Below are positions 8,417 through 18,300 of a DNA stretch of 36,811 nt, one piece after another. The position numbers were made by a program, and so were the translations under genes. The stretch spans positions 1-36,811 of the forward strand of contig JANPJS010000084.1 of the NCBI GenBank assembly GCA_031425655.1, in the 5' to 3' direction. The notes beneath the pieces are model-generated. The model did no database searches and was not told where the DNA came from. It saw only the letters and a list, made by a program, of their open reading frames with translations. Numbering within the stretch: the first letter of the stretch is position 1; each line of letters opens with the position of its first letter. This DNA is from Abditibacteriaceae bacterium. GTDB taxonomy: Bacteria > Armatimonadota > Abditibacteriia > Abditibacteriales > Abditibacteriaceae.

Positions 8417-11400
8417 TCATTTGCCGGGCGGCGGCATCGGAATGGTGTAGGGATAAGGCGAATCATCGCCGATGTAGCGCTGCCACTCGTGTTGGGTCAG
8501 GTTGCGGTTGACGATGTTGAAGGCGCGCTTTTGCAAGGCCATATCCCACAGTCGCACCGAACCACTTTTGCCGACTGAGGCCAGGCTCCATCCCTCCGGG
8601 CCGAAAGCCACACTCGAAACGCCTTCGCCATGTCCCACCAGAGGCGACCCTATTGGTTGCTGTGTCGCCATATTCCAAACGCGGACGGTGCCATCGCTGT
8701 TGCCCGAAGCCAGCAGTGTGCTTCTCGGACTAAATGCCAAACTGTTGATGGAGGCTTGAATAGTGTCCAGACCGATGGCGTCGGGGTTTAAAGCTTGAAT
8801 TGCAGCGTTTCTTTGGTCGCTGACCTCCGGTTTCCACAGGCGGATGGTAGAGGTGATGGTAGAGTTCCGGTCAAAGCCTTCTTCGACCACTGCTACGGTT
8901 TTACCGTCCGAGGCGACAGCGAGTTTAGATAGTTGGGATGCACGGATAGCGCATTGATCCACTAATTTCCCGCTGCTAACCTCCCACAATTGCAATTGCA
9001 TACGACCATCACGGGAAGCCAGCCACTTTCCATTGGCGCTAAAGGCCATGTTGTAAATCCAGCTTTCAGCTTTTTTACTCTTATCGTAGCGCTTAACCCC
9101 TGTTTTCAGATCGCCAAAAACTACCGGGCCATAATCTCCAATCGCCAAAACATTTGACTGAGGGCTAAATGCGAGAGCCAACCCGGCGGTGTGCGGGAAG
9201 AGGGGAGTTCGTGGTTTTCCGGTGACCAACGATTGCACTTCTATGGTGCCGTCTTTGCGGCACCGAGCGAGCCATTTACCGTCGGCGCTGCACACTAACT
9301 GGTCGTCGTTTTCCTGTTTCGGGAACACCCGCAATTTGCTGGGCGAGGTCGAAGCGCTGCCGGTTGCTAAATTCCAGGCGATGATGCGGCCCTTGTCATC
9401 GTAGGAACGAAGCATTTTGCCGTCCGGCGAGAAAACGATGCCTTTGAAATTCTTCGGCGCCGCGCCGGGCTTAGGCTTCGGCATGGCTGGCTGGGATAAA
9501 GGTCGCCCGAAGGAACGGCGGCCATTGACATCCCATAGAAACAGTGAGCGATCCTGACCAACAGTCGCTAATGTGCCGCCATCACGGCTAAAGGCAAGAT
9601 ACGAAACTTTGTCCTGTCCTTTGAGAGTTTGAGCGCGCGCGAAACCGTCTTTCTTACGCCACTGCCGCAGCATGAGCGAGCCGTCGGTATGAGTGGATGC
9701 CAAAGCCTTACCGTCCGGGCTGAATATGAGGTCGTAGACGGCGGAGGCGCACTTCACGGTTTGGGGTGGCGCGGTGGGCACAGCGCCACCCCAAAATTCG
9801 ATTCGATTCTTACCTGTCTCCTCAAAGGCAAACGCCAGTCGCTGGCCGTTTCCGCTCAGGGCTAAACTGGAAAGATGATTTATTGGCCACTTTCGCACCC
9901 GGTGACCCGTCGTGGTGTTCCACAAGGTAACGCCAACCACTTTTTCCTTTTCGTGCGAGTAAGTTTGTGTGACCAAACGGCTGCCACTGTCATTGAGGTT
10001 AGAAGCCGAAAAATCAGCCGCGCGGGGCAAGTTCAATTGCTTAGGCGCTCCCAAACGGCGGAGTGGCCCGGTGCCTACGGCATCGAACCGGTAAAGCACG
10101 CCGTGGCCGGAACCGGGAGCAGCCCATACTAACAACTGGCGGTTTGTCGTAAAGGCTGCCTGATAAATGGTTTTTGCTGCCAGAGGGCGTTTATTCAGGA
10201 GCTTACGAGTTTTTGTGTCCCATAGCGCGAGCTTGCCCTTATCCGCCGTCACTAAGGTTTGGCCATTCGGGCTAAAGGCCGGAGTTAAAACGGAACGCCA
10301 TTTTTCCTGACTTTCTGAACTAAACTCCGAAAAACTTTGAGGCGAAGCAACTTTTGGTTCCAACTCCAGCATTGAACCGGGTTTTTTGCTTTCAACGTCC
10401 CACAGCCAAATATGCCTCTCAAAATCTACTGCCACCACAAAACGTCCATGCTTACTCACGGCGACCTTCATAATTGAGGTGGATGCCGACTCTGGCAAAG
10501 TCGGCGAAACAAATTGTGCCGTGACGCCGTCCACCATAATTGAGGTGGATGAGACTGAGTTAGACGGGATGCGCAAAATGCCTATCAACTGCGGGTTTTG
10601 CGACAGTGCGGAAAATAGCGCCGAGTTGGCCTCCCCGAAAATACCGGCGGACTTTTGCACTTCCGCTTCATAAGCAGGCTTTATAGCAACTTGAAATTTG
10701 GCGGCGTCGTGAAAGTTTAAGTTCCACTGGCTGAACCACAGCCACGGATCAATAGAGGTTTCGGCGGCTTGGTCGCCCTTTTTCCACGCCTCAATGCCAA
10801 GCAGCAGCGCCAATTCCGGTTGCTGGGCCGACTTAGCGCGGCTTTGTGCTGCCAGGCGCAGGGACACTGCTTGCAATCGCGACGCGGCTACAGCACTATG
10901 GCGCTTGGAATTTGACCAGAATAAGCTCATCAGAAGCAGAAAAAGCGAACACAGCAAGCCGCCTTGTAGCATCCGGCGCTGTTGCCGCGAGTGAGCATCA
11001 AGGCGACAGGCCTCGACGAATTTTTCTACAACCGGCGTGATTTCCTGAGGATGTTTGGCTGCCCAGCGTTGAGCCTTTTTCCACTCTTGCCCACCCAGCA
11101 ACTGATGGGGATTTCCGCCCTGGCTTGCCCAAAGCGTCGCTTGGCTTTGCAAGAGGGGAAGTATGTCCCTTGTTTCGTTATCATCGCTCGTCGGACTCAT
11201 CGGGTTCTCGCGCGCTGGCTTGAACCAAAGCACGCCAAAACGCTTCCCGACGCGCACCAGTTGTGGCCGCAAAAATCGCTGGTAACCACTCTTACCAATG
11301 AGGGCTACCAGAGTTAAGGCAATAATATAAAGGAGCCACGCAGTATGCTCAAAGAGAATCCATATAAAAAAGATGGGGTAGACCAACCCAATCAAAGGGA

Positions 11401-12967
11401 AAAGCACCCGATTGCGTCGTTGGGAGCGATGGTAGAGACGCGAGGCCTCGAAGAATTCTTTTTCGACGGGCGTGATTTCCAGAGGATGGGTGTCAGCCCA
11501 GCGCCGGGCCTTTTTCCATTCGCGCCCGCGCAGCAACAAGCCGGGATCGCGCTTTTCCTCCCAGAGAGGCGCCTGGGTTTGCAAGGGCACCAGATGTTGT
11601 TTGAACCACTCGGTGTTGCTCGCGCGAACCGGATCCACCAACCGGTCGTGCGCCAGTTCAAACCACCTCACGCCGCGCCGTTCCTCGACGCGCACCAAAT
11701 GGCTTTTTAGCAGGGCGTCTATGACCTTGTTTTCTGCTTCATCGTTAATTCCCTTCAGTGTGTCTTTGGCATCCTGCATCACCTGACTGCGAATGCCCTG
11801 CGGCGTTATCAATTCGCTGTCGAACCATTGGCGAAGCGCCCGCTCGCTAATGACGCTCTCCTTGGCGATGGCTTTCACCTTCTCGGCGTAAAATTCGGAC
11901 AAAGCTTTATCTATGTTGCCGACCAGTTTGACGTGTTCCGGGGTGATTTCTGGCGTTTGTGGCTCCAACTCCTGCCATTTTTCCCACAGGCGATGGCATA
12001 CCACTTGAAGCTGCACCGGCTCGACGTAGGGGCCGATTTTCTCTTCCGCCTCGCCGCCCAAACCCTGCACTTTGACTTTGGCCAGGCCTTCTATCAATGG
12101 CTTGGCCGTTGCATCGGAAAAAGTGACACTGCCTATCAATTGCTCCGCCGCCGCATCGGAAAACGTGACACCGCGTTCCTGTGCCGGCCCTTGCATCGCC
12201 TGACGCGCGGCGTCGTGGTTCAGCAGATCGAGGCGAAAACGGTTACTCAGGCGCGTCGGCACGAGGCCGGCGTAAGGCTCCAAGGCGCCCAAATAATCCT
12301 CGCGCACCACGAACAGCGCCCAGCGGTGGCGCTTTTGCAAGGCTTTTCCGACCTGCTTGAAAAATGCGTCTTTAACATCCTTATCGGTGGCGTCTTGCGT
12401 CAGGATTTCCTCGAATTGATCGAAGATGAGCACCTCATAGCGCTCGTTCGCCGCTTGCTCAGGCGCTCCGGCAGGCGCCGATTCTATCAACGCGCGCTGC
12501 GTCAAATAGTCGTCCAAGGTTAACGTCGCCAGTTCCTCTGGAGACAAGCGTTTTGCGTTGGGAAACAGTTTCGGGTCGGGTGAATTTTTTTCGAGGCATT
12601 GGAGAGCGTTGATCACGTAGCGATTGGCACCGGGAACCTGCGTGTCGCCGCTAACGCGCATGATGGGCAGCACCGCGAAACCCTCGGCGCGCAGCAGGGG
12701 CAGCAAAGCGGCATTTATCAGCGACGACTTGCCCGCTCCCGATGGCGAATGGAGCAGCACGATGCGCTCGGCGATGAGCCGGTCGAACAGTTTCGACGTT
12801 TCGCGCTTACGCCCGTAAATTTCTTTTCCGGCCTTAATCGGGCGCGGGCCAACATAGGGATTGTCATCGCGCGTGGCTGTAGAGTTAGCGGGCGCTGCGC
12901 CGTTTTGTCCGGCCAATTCGCCCGGCGTGGAGGGCGCTGCTGTGGTCTCAGATTTAGGTTCGCTCAT
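8417..12967 (-). CDS. nSTAND1-type NTPase with transmembrane helices and C-terminal WD40 repeats (1516 aa)
   Basis: Motifs 'NPYVGPRP', Walker A 'HSPSGAGKSS', Walker B 'LIFDQFEE', 'VREDY', 'FELAHDRL'. Three hydrophobic segments. WD40 repeats such as 'SLAFSPRSTLLASGNSDGTVRVWN' and 'GHGEGVSSVAFGPEG...VRLWD'. The start is most likely the ATG at 12967 (GGAGGG RBS, 4 bp after the upstream stop), not 13120. Confidence 0.9.
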   Translation of the reverse strand: MSEPKSETTAAPSTPGELAGQNGAAPANSTATRDDNPYVGPRPIKAGKEIYGRKRETSKLFDRLIAERIVLLHSPSGAGKSSLINAALLPLLRAEGFAVLPIMRVSGDTQVPGANRYVINALQCLEKNSPDPKLFPNAKRLSPEELATLTLDDYLTQRALIESAPAGAPEQAANERYEVLIFDQFEEILTQDATDKDVKDAFFKQVGKALQKRHRWALFVVREDYLGALEPYAGLVPTRLSNRFRLDLLNHDAARQAMQGPAQERGVTFSDAAAEQLIGSVTFSDATAKPLIEGLAKVKVQGLGGEAEEKIGPYVEPVQLQVVCHRLWEKWQELEPQTPEITPEHVKLVGNIDKALSEFYAEKVKAIAKESVISERALRQWFDSELITPQGIRSQVMQDAKDTLKGINDEAENKVIDALLKSHLVRVEERRGVRWFELAHDRLVDPVRASNTEWFKQHLVPLQTQAPLWEEKRDPGLLLRGREWKKARRWADTHPLEITPVEKEFFEASRLYHRSQRRNRVLFPLIGLVYPIFFIWILFEHTAWLLYIIALTLVALIGKSGYQRFLRPQLVRVGKRFGVLWFKPARENPMSPTSDDNETRDILPLLQSQATLWASQGGNPHQLLGGQEWKKAQRWAAKHPQEITPVVEKFVEACRLDAHSRQQRRMLQGGLLCSLFLLLMSLFWSNSKRHSAVAASRLQAVSLRLAAQSRAKSAQQPELALLLGIEAWKKGDQAAETSIDPWLWFSQWNLNFHDAAKFQVAIKPAYEAEVQKSAGIFGEANSALFSALSQNPQLIGILRIPSNSVSSTSIMVDGVTAQFVSPTLPESASTSIMKVAVSKHGRFVVAVDFERHIWLWDVESKKPGSMLELEPKVASPQSFSEFSSESQEKWRSVLTPAFSPNGQTLVTADKGKLALWDTKTRKLLNKRPLAAKTIYQAAFTTNRQLLVWAAPGSGHGVLYRFDAVGTGPLRRLGAPKQLNLPRAADFSASNLNDSGSRLVTQTYSHEKEKVVGVTLWNTTTGHRVRKWPINHLSSLALSGNGQRLAFAFEETGKNRIEFWGGAVPTAPPQTVKCASAVYDLIFSPDGKALASTHTDGSLMLRQWRKKDGFARAQTLKGQDKVSYLAFSRDGGTLATVGQDRSLFLWDVNGRRSFGRPLSQPAMPKPKPGAAPKNFKGIVFSPDGKMLRSYDDKGRIIAWNLATGSASTSPSKLRVFPKQENDDQLVCSADGKWLARCRKDGTIEVQSLVTGKPRTPLFPHTAGLALAFSPQSNVLAIGDYGPVVFGDLKTGVKRYDKSKKAESWIYNMAFSANGKWLASRDGRMQLQLWEVSSGKLVDQCAIRASQLSKLAVASDGKTVAVVEEGFDRNSTITSTIRLWKPEVSDQRNAAIQALNPDAIGLDTIQASINSLAFSPRSTLLASGNSDGTVRVWNMATQQPIGSPLVGHGEGVSSVAFGPEGWSLASVGKSGSVRLWDMALQKRAFNIVNRNLTQHEWQRYIGDDSPYPYTIPMPPPGK

Positions 12968-12971
12968 ATTC

Positions 12972-15203
12972 TTAACCCTCCGAATTCCATCTGGCGTGCA
13001 GATCCTTGGCGAAGTCATCGGCGCTGCCCCAATAAATGTTGATGTCCGAAACGCCAAAGTAGGTCTTGAAATAGCTTCGCGCGCTTTCCGGGTCTTTGAA
13101 ACTGTCGCTGGCTGGATCAATTTGCACCGCGACGTGGGTATATTTTTTCTTTTTCAGGAGTTCGCTTCCTTCCTGATTGACGATGCTGCGAAACAGCACC
13201 CGGAAACTCCAATCATCCACTTGAAAGCCCAAAAACAAGAGCGCCGACTTGGTCAGAGCAGCCGAAACCGTGTCCGGCGTGCGTGTTGCGTCTTTGGAAA
13301 TGCCAATCAAATAATCCAGATAGTCGTCCAGCGTCAAAACGAGTGAATCTGGCTGGCTTAAGTGGCCGAAGGGGTGGTAAACAAGCGGTTTTTCCGGCGT
13401 GGCTTCAAAATCCTGATCCAATTTGGCTGGTAAGTCTTCTAAATCGTGGTTCCATCGGCAAAATTCGACAACCGGGTTTTGGCCTTGCTTTGTAAGCGCG
13501 TCGCCCATGATGTTGTCCGAATTGGCCGAGATGTAAAGCGGCAGCTTCAGGCTGGCGAAGACGCGATGCGGCTCGTCTTCCGCTTCGCGTAGCAACTTTC
13601 CCACTTCGGAAAAGCGTGCGGACAGTAACTGGGCGGCTTCATTTTGTGAGAGCCGCCCAGTTGCTGTCCGCAGGTTCTCCGGTAGTTTGTTTTCGTAGCG
13701 TTTGAGCAGTTCCTGACTCAGGTGCTTAATTAACTCCTTGCACGCCACATCTTTCGTGAGTTTTGTAATCGCCACATATTGAGCAACTTGCGGCAGGTCG
13801 TCGCGATTATTGGGCGCCATCGGAAAATTATGCTCGTCGCCCCAGCGCCGCGCGATTTCGCGCGCCGGGCCGACAAACGATTCCTGAAGACCCGGCCCTA
13901 AAATCGGTGTGCATTGCTTGTCCTCAATATGGGAGATCAAGGCGTCCCACCAGGCGTCGTCTTTTTCTTTGTCGTCCAACCTGAGGCCGGTTTCATACCA
14001 GCCGATGCGCCCGCTTTTCAAGCGCATGAACAAGACCGGCATCCAGCAGTCGCCGTGATCGCGCACTTCTCCGCGCGCGGCGGCGACGGCGCGATCAATC
14101 TGCTCGTCGCGGATCAGTTCCGTAAAGAAGCGGGGCATGAACTTCTCGACGGTTTCCATCGTGACTTTGCCCTGCATGGCGATAACGGCGGGCACGCCGG
14201 CATTGGCCAAAAGCGCCCCCAGAGTCGTCAGAGAATTGAGCGGCCCCTGCGACGCCTCTTCGGTCAGTCCGTCTCCGGCGCTCTGGCACGAAGCCAACAC
14301 CACAAGGCGCGGGCGCTGCGGCAGTTCTTTCAATCGCTTCGCCAGTTCGGCGCCCCATTCTCCGGCAATGTTGCCCTTGTCATCTTCGAGAAAAAGGCGC
14401 GCCTGCTCGTCGGTAAATGCGCCGTGACAGACCAAATAGAGGATGTCGTAGCCCTCGCCCAGCTTGGTGGCGATCTTGTTCAACGTGGCGATGCCCGGTT
14501 TATTCGGGTCGGAACACAAAGTTTCGAGCGGAATTCTTTTTTCTAACTTCGCGCTCTCGCTGGCGCGGGCCAGTTCCTCCAAAATTGTGCCTAAGTTCGC
14601 CTTATCGTCTTTTAGTTTCTGGGCTTGTTCCTCCCGGATTGTGCCTAAGCCGACGGCAACGCGGAGCAGTTCGCCTTCGACATCAATGGCTGCCAGCGCC
14701 ACGGTGCTGCCCAGACCGCGCGGGTTCGCAATCACGACCAGCGCCTTTCGGTCGCGCATTGGGCGCATATCAATCGGGCGCAGGTCGTCGCTGCTCAGAT
14801 AACGCGAAAACAGCAGGGTTTGATCGGTGAAGAGCGACACGTCTGTGCCCGGCTTGTCGGGATCGCGCAGTTTTTCCCAGTGCAGATCGTGTAATTTGGG
14901 GCAGTCGTGATCAAGGAAAAGGCGCATTCGCAGCGTCGCGTTGGTCGCTTGTGCCGTCGTGCGCGCCGTGCGAAACGCGGCGAGCAGCGGCTCCGACCAC
15001 AATGATTCGCCTAAAATCTGGGCGTAGGCCGAGCTGTCGTCATTTAAGCGATTCAGCGCCTCGAAGTCGAAATTCAGCCGCGCCGAATCGCCGGGCAAAA
15101 GATGCACTTCGGAGTCGCTGTTCGGCGGGGTGTAACGCACTTCGGCTCTATAACCGCCTTCTGCTTGTTTGAGGCTAATTTCCACATCGGCGTAAATAGG
15201 CAT
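12972..15203 (-). CDS. CHAT (caspase-fold) protease fused to a C-terminal SIR2-like (SIR2_2) domain
   Basis: CHAT motifs: 'LHDLHWEKLRDP', His in 'LYLVCHG', Cys in 'LVVLASCQS', 'GVPAVIAMQ', 'WMPVLF'. SIR2-like motifs: 'CTPILGPG', 'LYISANSD', 'LVYHPFGH...LVLTLDDY', 'LLFLGFQVDDWSFRVLF'. Confidence 0.88.
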   Translation of the reverse strand: MPIYADVEISLKQAEGGYRAEVRYTPPNSDSEVHLLPGDSARLNFDFEALNRLNDDSSAYAQILGESLWSEPLLAAFRTARTTAQATNATLRMRLFLDHDCPKLHDLHWEKLRDPDKPGTDVSLFTDQTLLFSRYLSSDDLRPIDMRPMRDRKALVVIANPRGLGSTVALAAIDVEGELLRVAVGLGTIREEQAQKLKDDKANLGTILEELARASESAKLEKRIPLETLCSDPNKPGIATLNKIATKLGEGYDILYLVCHGAFTDEQARLFLEDDKGNIAGEWGAELAKRLKELPQRPRLVVLASCQSAGDGLTEEASQGPLNSLTTLGALLANAGVPAVIAMQGKVTMETVEKFMPRFFTELIRDEQIDRAVAAARGEVRDHGDCWMPVLFMRLKSGRIGWYETGLRLDDKEKDDAWWDALISHIEDKQCTPILGPGLQESFVGPAREIARRWGDEHNFPMAPNNRDDLPQVAQYVAITKLTKDVACKELIKHLSQELLKRYENKLPENLRTATGRLSQNEAAQLLSARFSEVGKLLREAEDEPHRVFASLKLPLYISANSDNIMGDALTKQGQNPVVEFCRWNHDLEDLPAKLDQDFEATPEKPLVYHPFGHLSQPDSLVLTLDDYLDYLIGISKDATRTPDTVSAALTKSALLFLGFQVDDWSFRVLFRSIVNQEGSELLKKKKYTHVAVQIDPASDSFKDPESARSYFKTYFGVSDINIYWGSADDFAKDLHARWNSEG

Positions 15204-15219
15204 AATGAGGTTACCCTTT

Positions 15220-15254
15220 TTGAGGTGAACGGCTTTATTTTCACCTCAATTATA
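15220..15254 (-). promoter_or_regulatory. Candidate -10 box and palindromic operator in the divergent intergenic region
   Basis: Minus-strand TATAAT at 15249-15254. Perfect 10-bp inverted repeat TTGAGGTGAA (15220-15229) / TTCACCTCAA (15240-15249) with a 10-bp spacer. No clear -35. Confidence 0.4.
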
Positions 15255-15384
15255 CAGCCTGCGCTGTCAGGCGCGATAATTACGGTTATCACAAGTCGGG
15301 AGCAATGTGATTGCCCTGCGGCGCGAATGGCCGGGCACAGTCGGAGATTCAAACGGACGTATACTTTCGTGACACTGAGTCGCC

Positions 15385-18300
15385 ATGGCACTGCAAACCA
15401 TTAAAATCTTCATTTCTTCGCCCGGCGACGTGGGGCAGGAACGCCTCATCGCGACGCGCGTTCTGGAGCGCCTTCAGGGTGAATTCGCCGCTTACGCTGT
15501 GCTTCAGCCGATTCTCTGGGAACACGAGCCTCTGCGCGCGACCGCGCATTTTCAAGAGCAAATTCTTCCGCCCTCGCAGACCGACATCGTGATTTGCATT
15601 CTCTGGTCGCGTTTGGGCACGCGACTGCCGAACGAGAAATTCGCACGCGAAGACGGCACCGCTTACGCTTCGGGAACCGAATGGGAATTCGAGGATGCCG
15701 TGCAGTCGTTTTTGCAGCGCGGCACGCCCGATTTGATGGTGTATCGCAAGACCAGCGAAGCCGTGACTTCGTTAGCCGACGAAGAAGCTTTGCTTGGCCG
15801 TTTGCAGCAGAAAAAAGCGCTCGATAGCTTTATCGAACGCTGGTTCGGCAGCGCGCAAAGCACCTTTCGCGCGGCGTTTCATACCTTCGCGGCGCCCGAT
15901 CAATTTGAAGAAATTATCGAAAGCCACTTGCGAAACCTGATTCGAGAGCGTTTGCCGCAGCATCTCGAAGAAGGCGGCGAGAAAACGCCGATTTTGTGGC
16001 ACAAAGGCTCGCCGTTTCGCGGCTTGGAAGCCTTTGATGTCGAACACGCGCCGGTCTTTTTTGGGCGCACGCGCGCCATCGGTGAAACCAAAGACGCTCT
16101 CGTGGCGCGGGCCGCGAACGGCTGCGCGTTTCTGCTGGTTTTCGGCATGAGCGGCAGCGGCAAATCGTCGCTCGTGCGCGCAGGCCTGCTGCCGACTCTC
16201 ACGCAGCCGGGCGTGGTCGAGGGCATCGGACTGTGGCGCTGGGCCATTTTTCGTCCCAGCGATGCCGCCGGCGATATTTTTCACGGTCTGGCCATGTCGC
16301 TGCTGGCTGCCGCAGCCGTGCCGGAAATGAGCGCCGATGGGCTGGATGTGGTTGAACTCGCCGCGTTTTGCCGCGAATCGCCGCAGCGCGTGGTCGGCTT
16401 GATTCGCACTGCTCTTAAGCGCGCCGCCGTGGCCGAAGAAGCCAAAGAAAAGCTGACGGCGCCGCCCGCAGCGCGCCTCGCACTGGTCATTGACCAAATG
16501 GAGGAGCTTTTCACCCAAGAGCAGCTCAGCGCCGAAGCGCGCGAAGCGTTCGTGGGCCTTTTGACGGCGCTGGCGCAAAGCGATCTGGTGTGGATTATCG
16601 GCACCATGCGCAGCGATTTTTATCCGCGCTGCGCCGAAGTGCCCGCGCTCAGCGCGCTCAAAGAACAAGGCGCGCAATACGATTTATTGCCGCCTTCGTT
16701 CACCGAAATACGCCAGATGATTTCGCAGCCGACGCGCGCCGCCGGTTTGCGCTTCGAGGTTGAGCGTAGCAGCGGCGAAAGCCTGAACGACGTGTTGCAC
16801 GAAGCCGCCAGCCACGACCCCGAAGGCCTGCCTCTGCTGGAATTTACCCTCGACGCGCTTTATCACGAGCGCACCGAAGGCGGCGTGCTGACTTTCGCGG
16901 CTTATCAAAAATTGGGCGGACTCGAAGGCGCTTTATCCCAACGCGCCGAAAACGTGTTTCTGGCGTTGGCGCCGCCGTCGCAGGAAGTGCTGCCCGAAGT
17001 GCTGCGAATGCTGGTTACCGTCGAGGAAGAAGGCAATCGCGTGGCGCGGCGGCGCGTGGACATCGCCGCTTTAGAAACCACGCCGGAGCGCAAAAATCTC
17101 GTCCAAGCCTTTATTCAGGCGCGCCTTTTCGTGGTTGATCGCGCCGAAGGCACGGCTGTTGTCGGCGTGGCGCACGAAACGCTGCTGCGCCACTGGCCGC
17201 GCCTGGAGCAATGGTTGGACGAAGATCGTGAATTTTTGCTGCAACGCGAACGCATGGCCAGCGCCGCGACGCTGTGGAAAAACGAAGGCGCGGCTGCCGA
17301 TTTTTTGTTGCACGAAGGCAAAGCGTTAGCCGAAGCGAAGGACATTTTAGCGCGCCGCCGCGCCGAGCTTGAGCCGAATTTGGTGCAGTTTATCGAAGCC
17401 TCGCAGCATCGCGTGAGCGCCCTGCGCCGCCGCAAAATCGTCACGGCCAGTTCGATTATCGCGGCGTTTTTTCTTGTGGTTTCGGGCTTTGGTTTGATGA
17501 GTTATATGCAGTGGCAGCGCGCCGAAAAGCAAAAAGACCTCGCTTTGGCGGCGATTAACACTTGGACGCGCGACATTCCCGACAAACTGCGCGATGTGCC
17601 CGGCACGTTGCCGGTTTTGCGCGAGATTTTTGAAAAAAACGTCGGCATTTTAGACAGCATTCTCAAACTCAGCCCGAACACGCCGACCGCGATGCGCGAA
17701 AAAGCCATGAATTTTCGGCACAGCGGCGACACTTGGCGCGTGCTTGGCGCCACGCAATCGGCGCTGGAATCGTATGAGCAAAGCATGGCGATTCTGACGA
17801 AAATTGCCACTCAGGATAACGATTTTCAGGTGCGGCGCGATCTCGCCTCTTGTCATCAGCACATCGGCGATACGCGCATGGAAATCGGCGATCTCAAAGG
17901 CGCGGAAGAATCGTATCGAAAAGACCTCGAACTCACGACGGCTTTCGCCGAGGAGCGCAACGACGCCGGAACACGCAACGATTTGTCGGTCAGCTACGAA
18001 AAAATCGGCGATGTGCTGTGGCAAAAAGGCGACAAGAAGAAGGCACTGCAAACTTACGAAAAGAGTCTGGCGCTCCGCGTCGAGTTGGCGAAGGACAAAA
18101 GTAACAAGGAAGCTCAGCGCAATCTCTTCGTGAGTCACGAAAAATTGGGCACGATTTATCTGGCGCTGGGCGACGGCAAACGCGCGCTGGAAGAATATCA
18201 AACCAGTCTGGCGCTGCGCGTTGCGTTGGCCAAAGCGAACCCTAAAGACATGGAATTTCAGCGCGATTTAGCCGTCGGCTACGTTCAAATGGGCACCATG

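Noticed and set aside
12968..13120. Extended N-terminus of the STAND-WD40 ORF
   Set aside because: It overlaps the CHAT-SIR2 gene, and the ATG at 12967 has a strong RBS.
15772..16677. Long antisense ORFs (this 301-aa one, also 28191..28997, 11828..12523, 13914..14546)
   Set aside because: Shadow ORFs of GC-rich genes that have clear domain motifs on the opposite strand.
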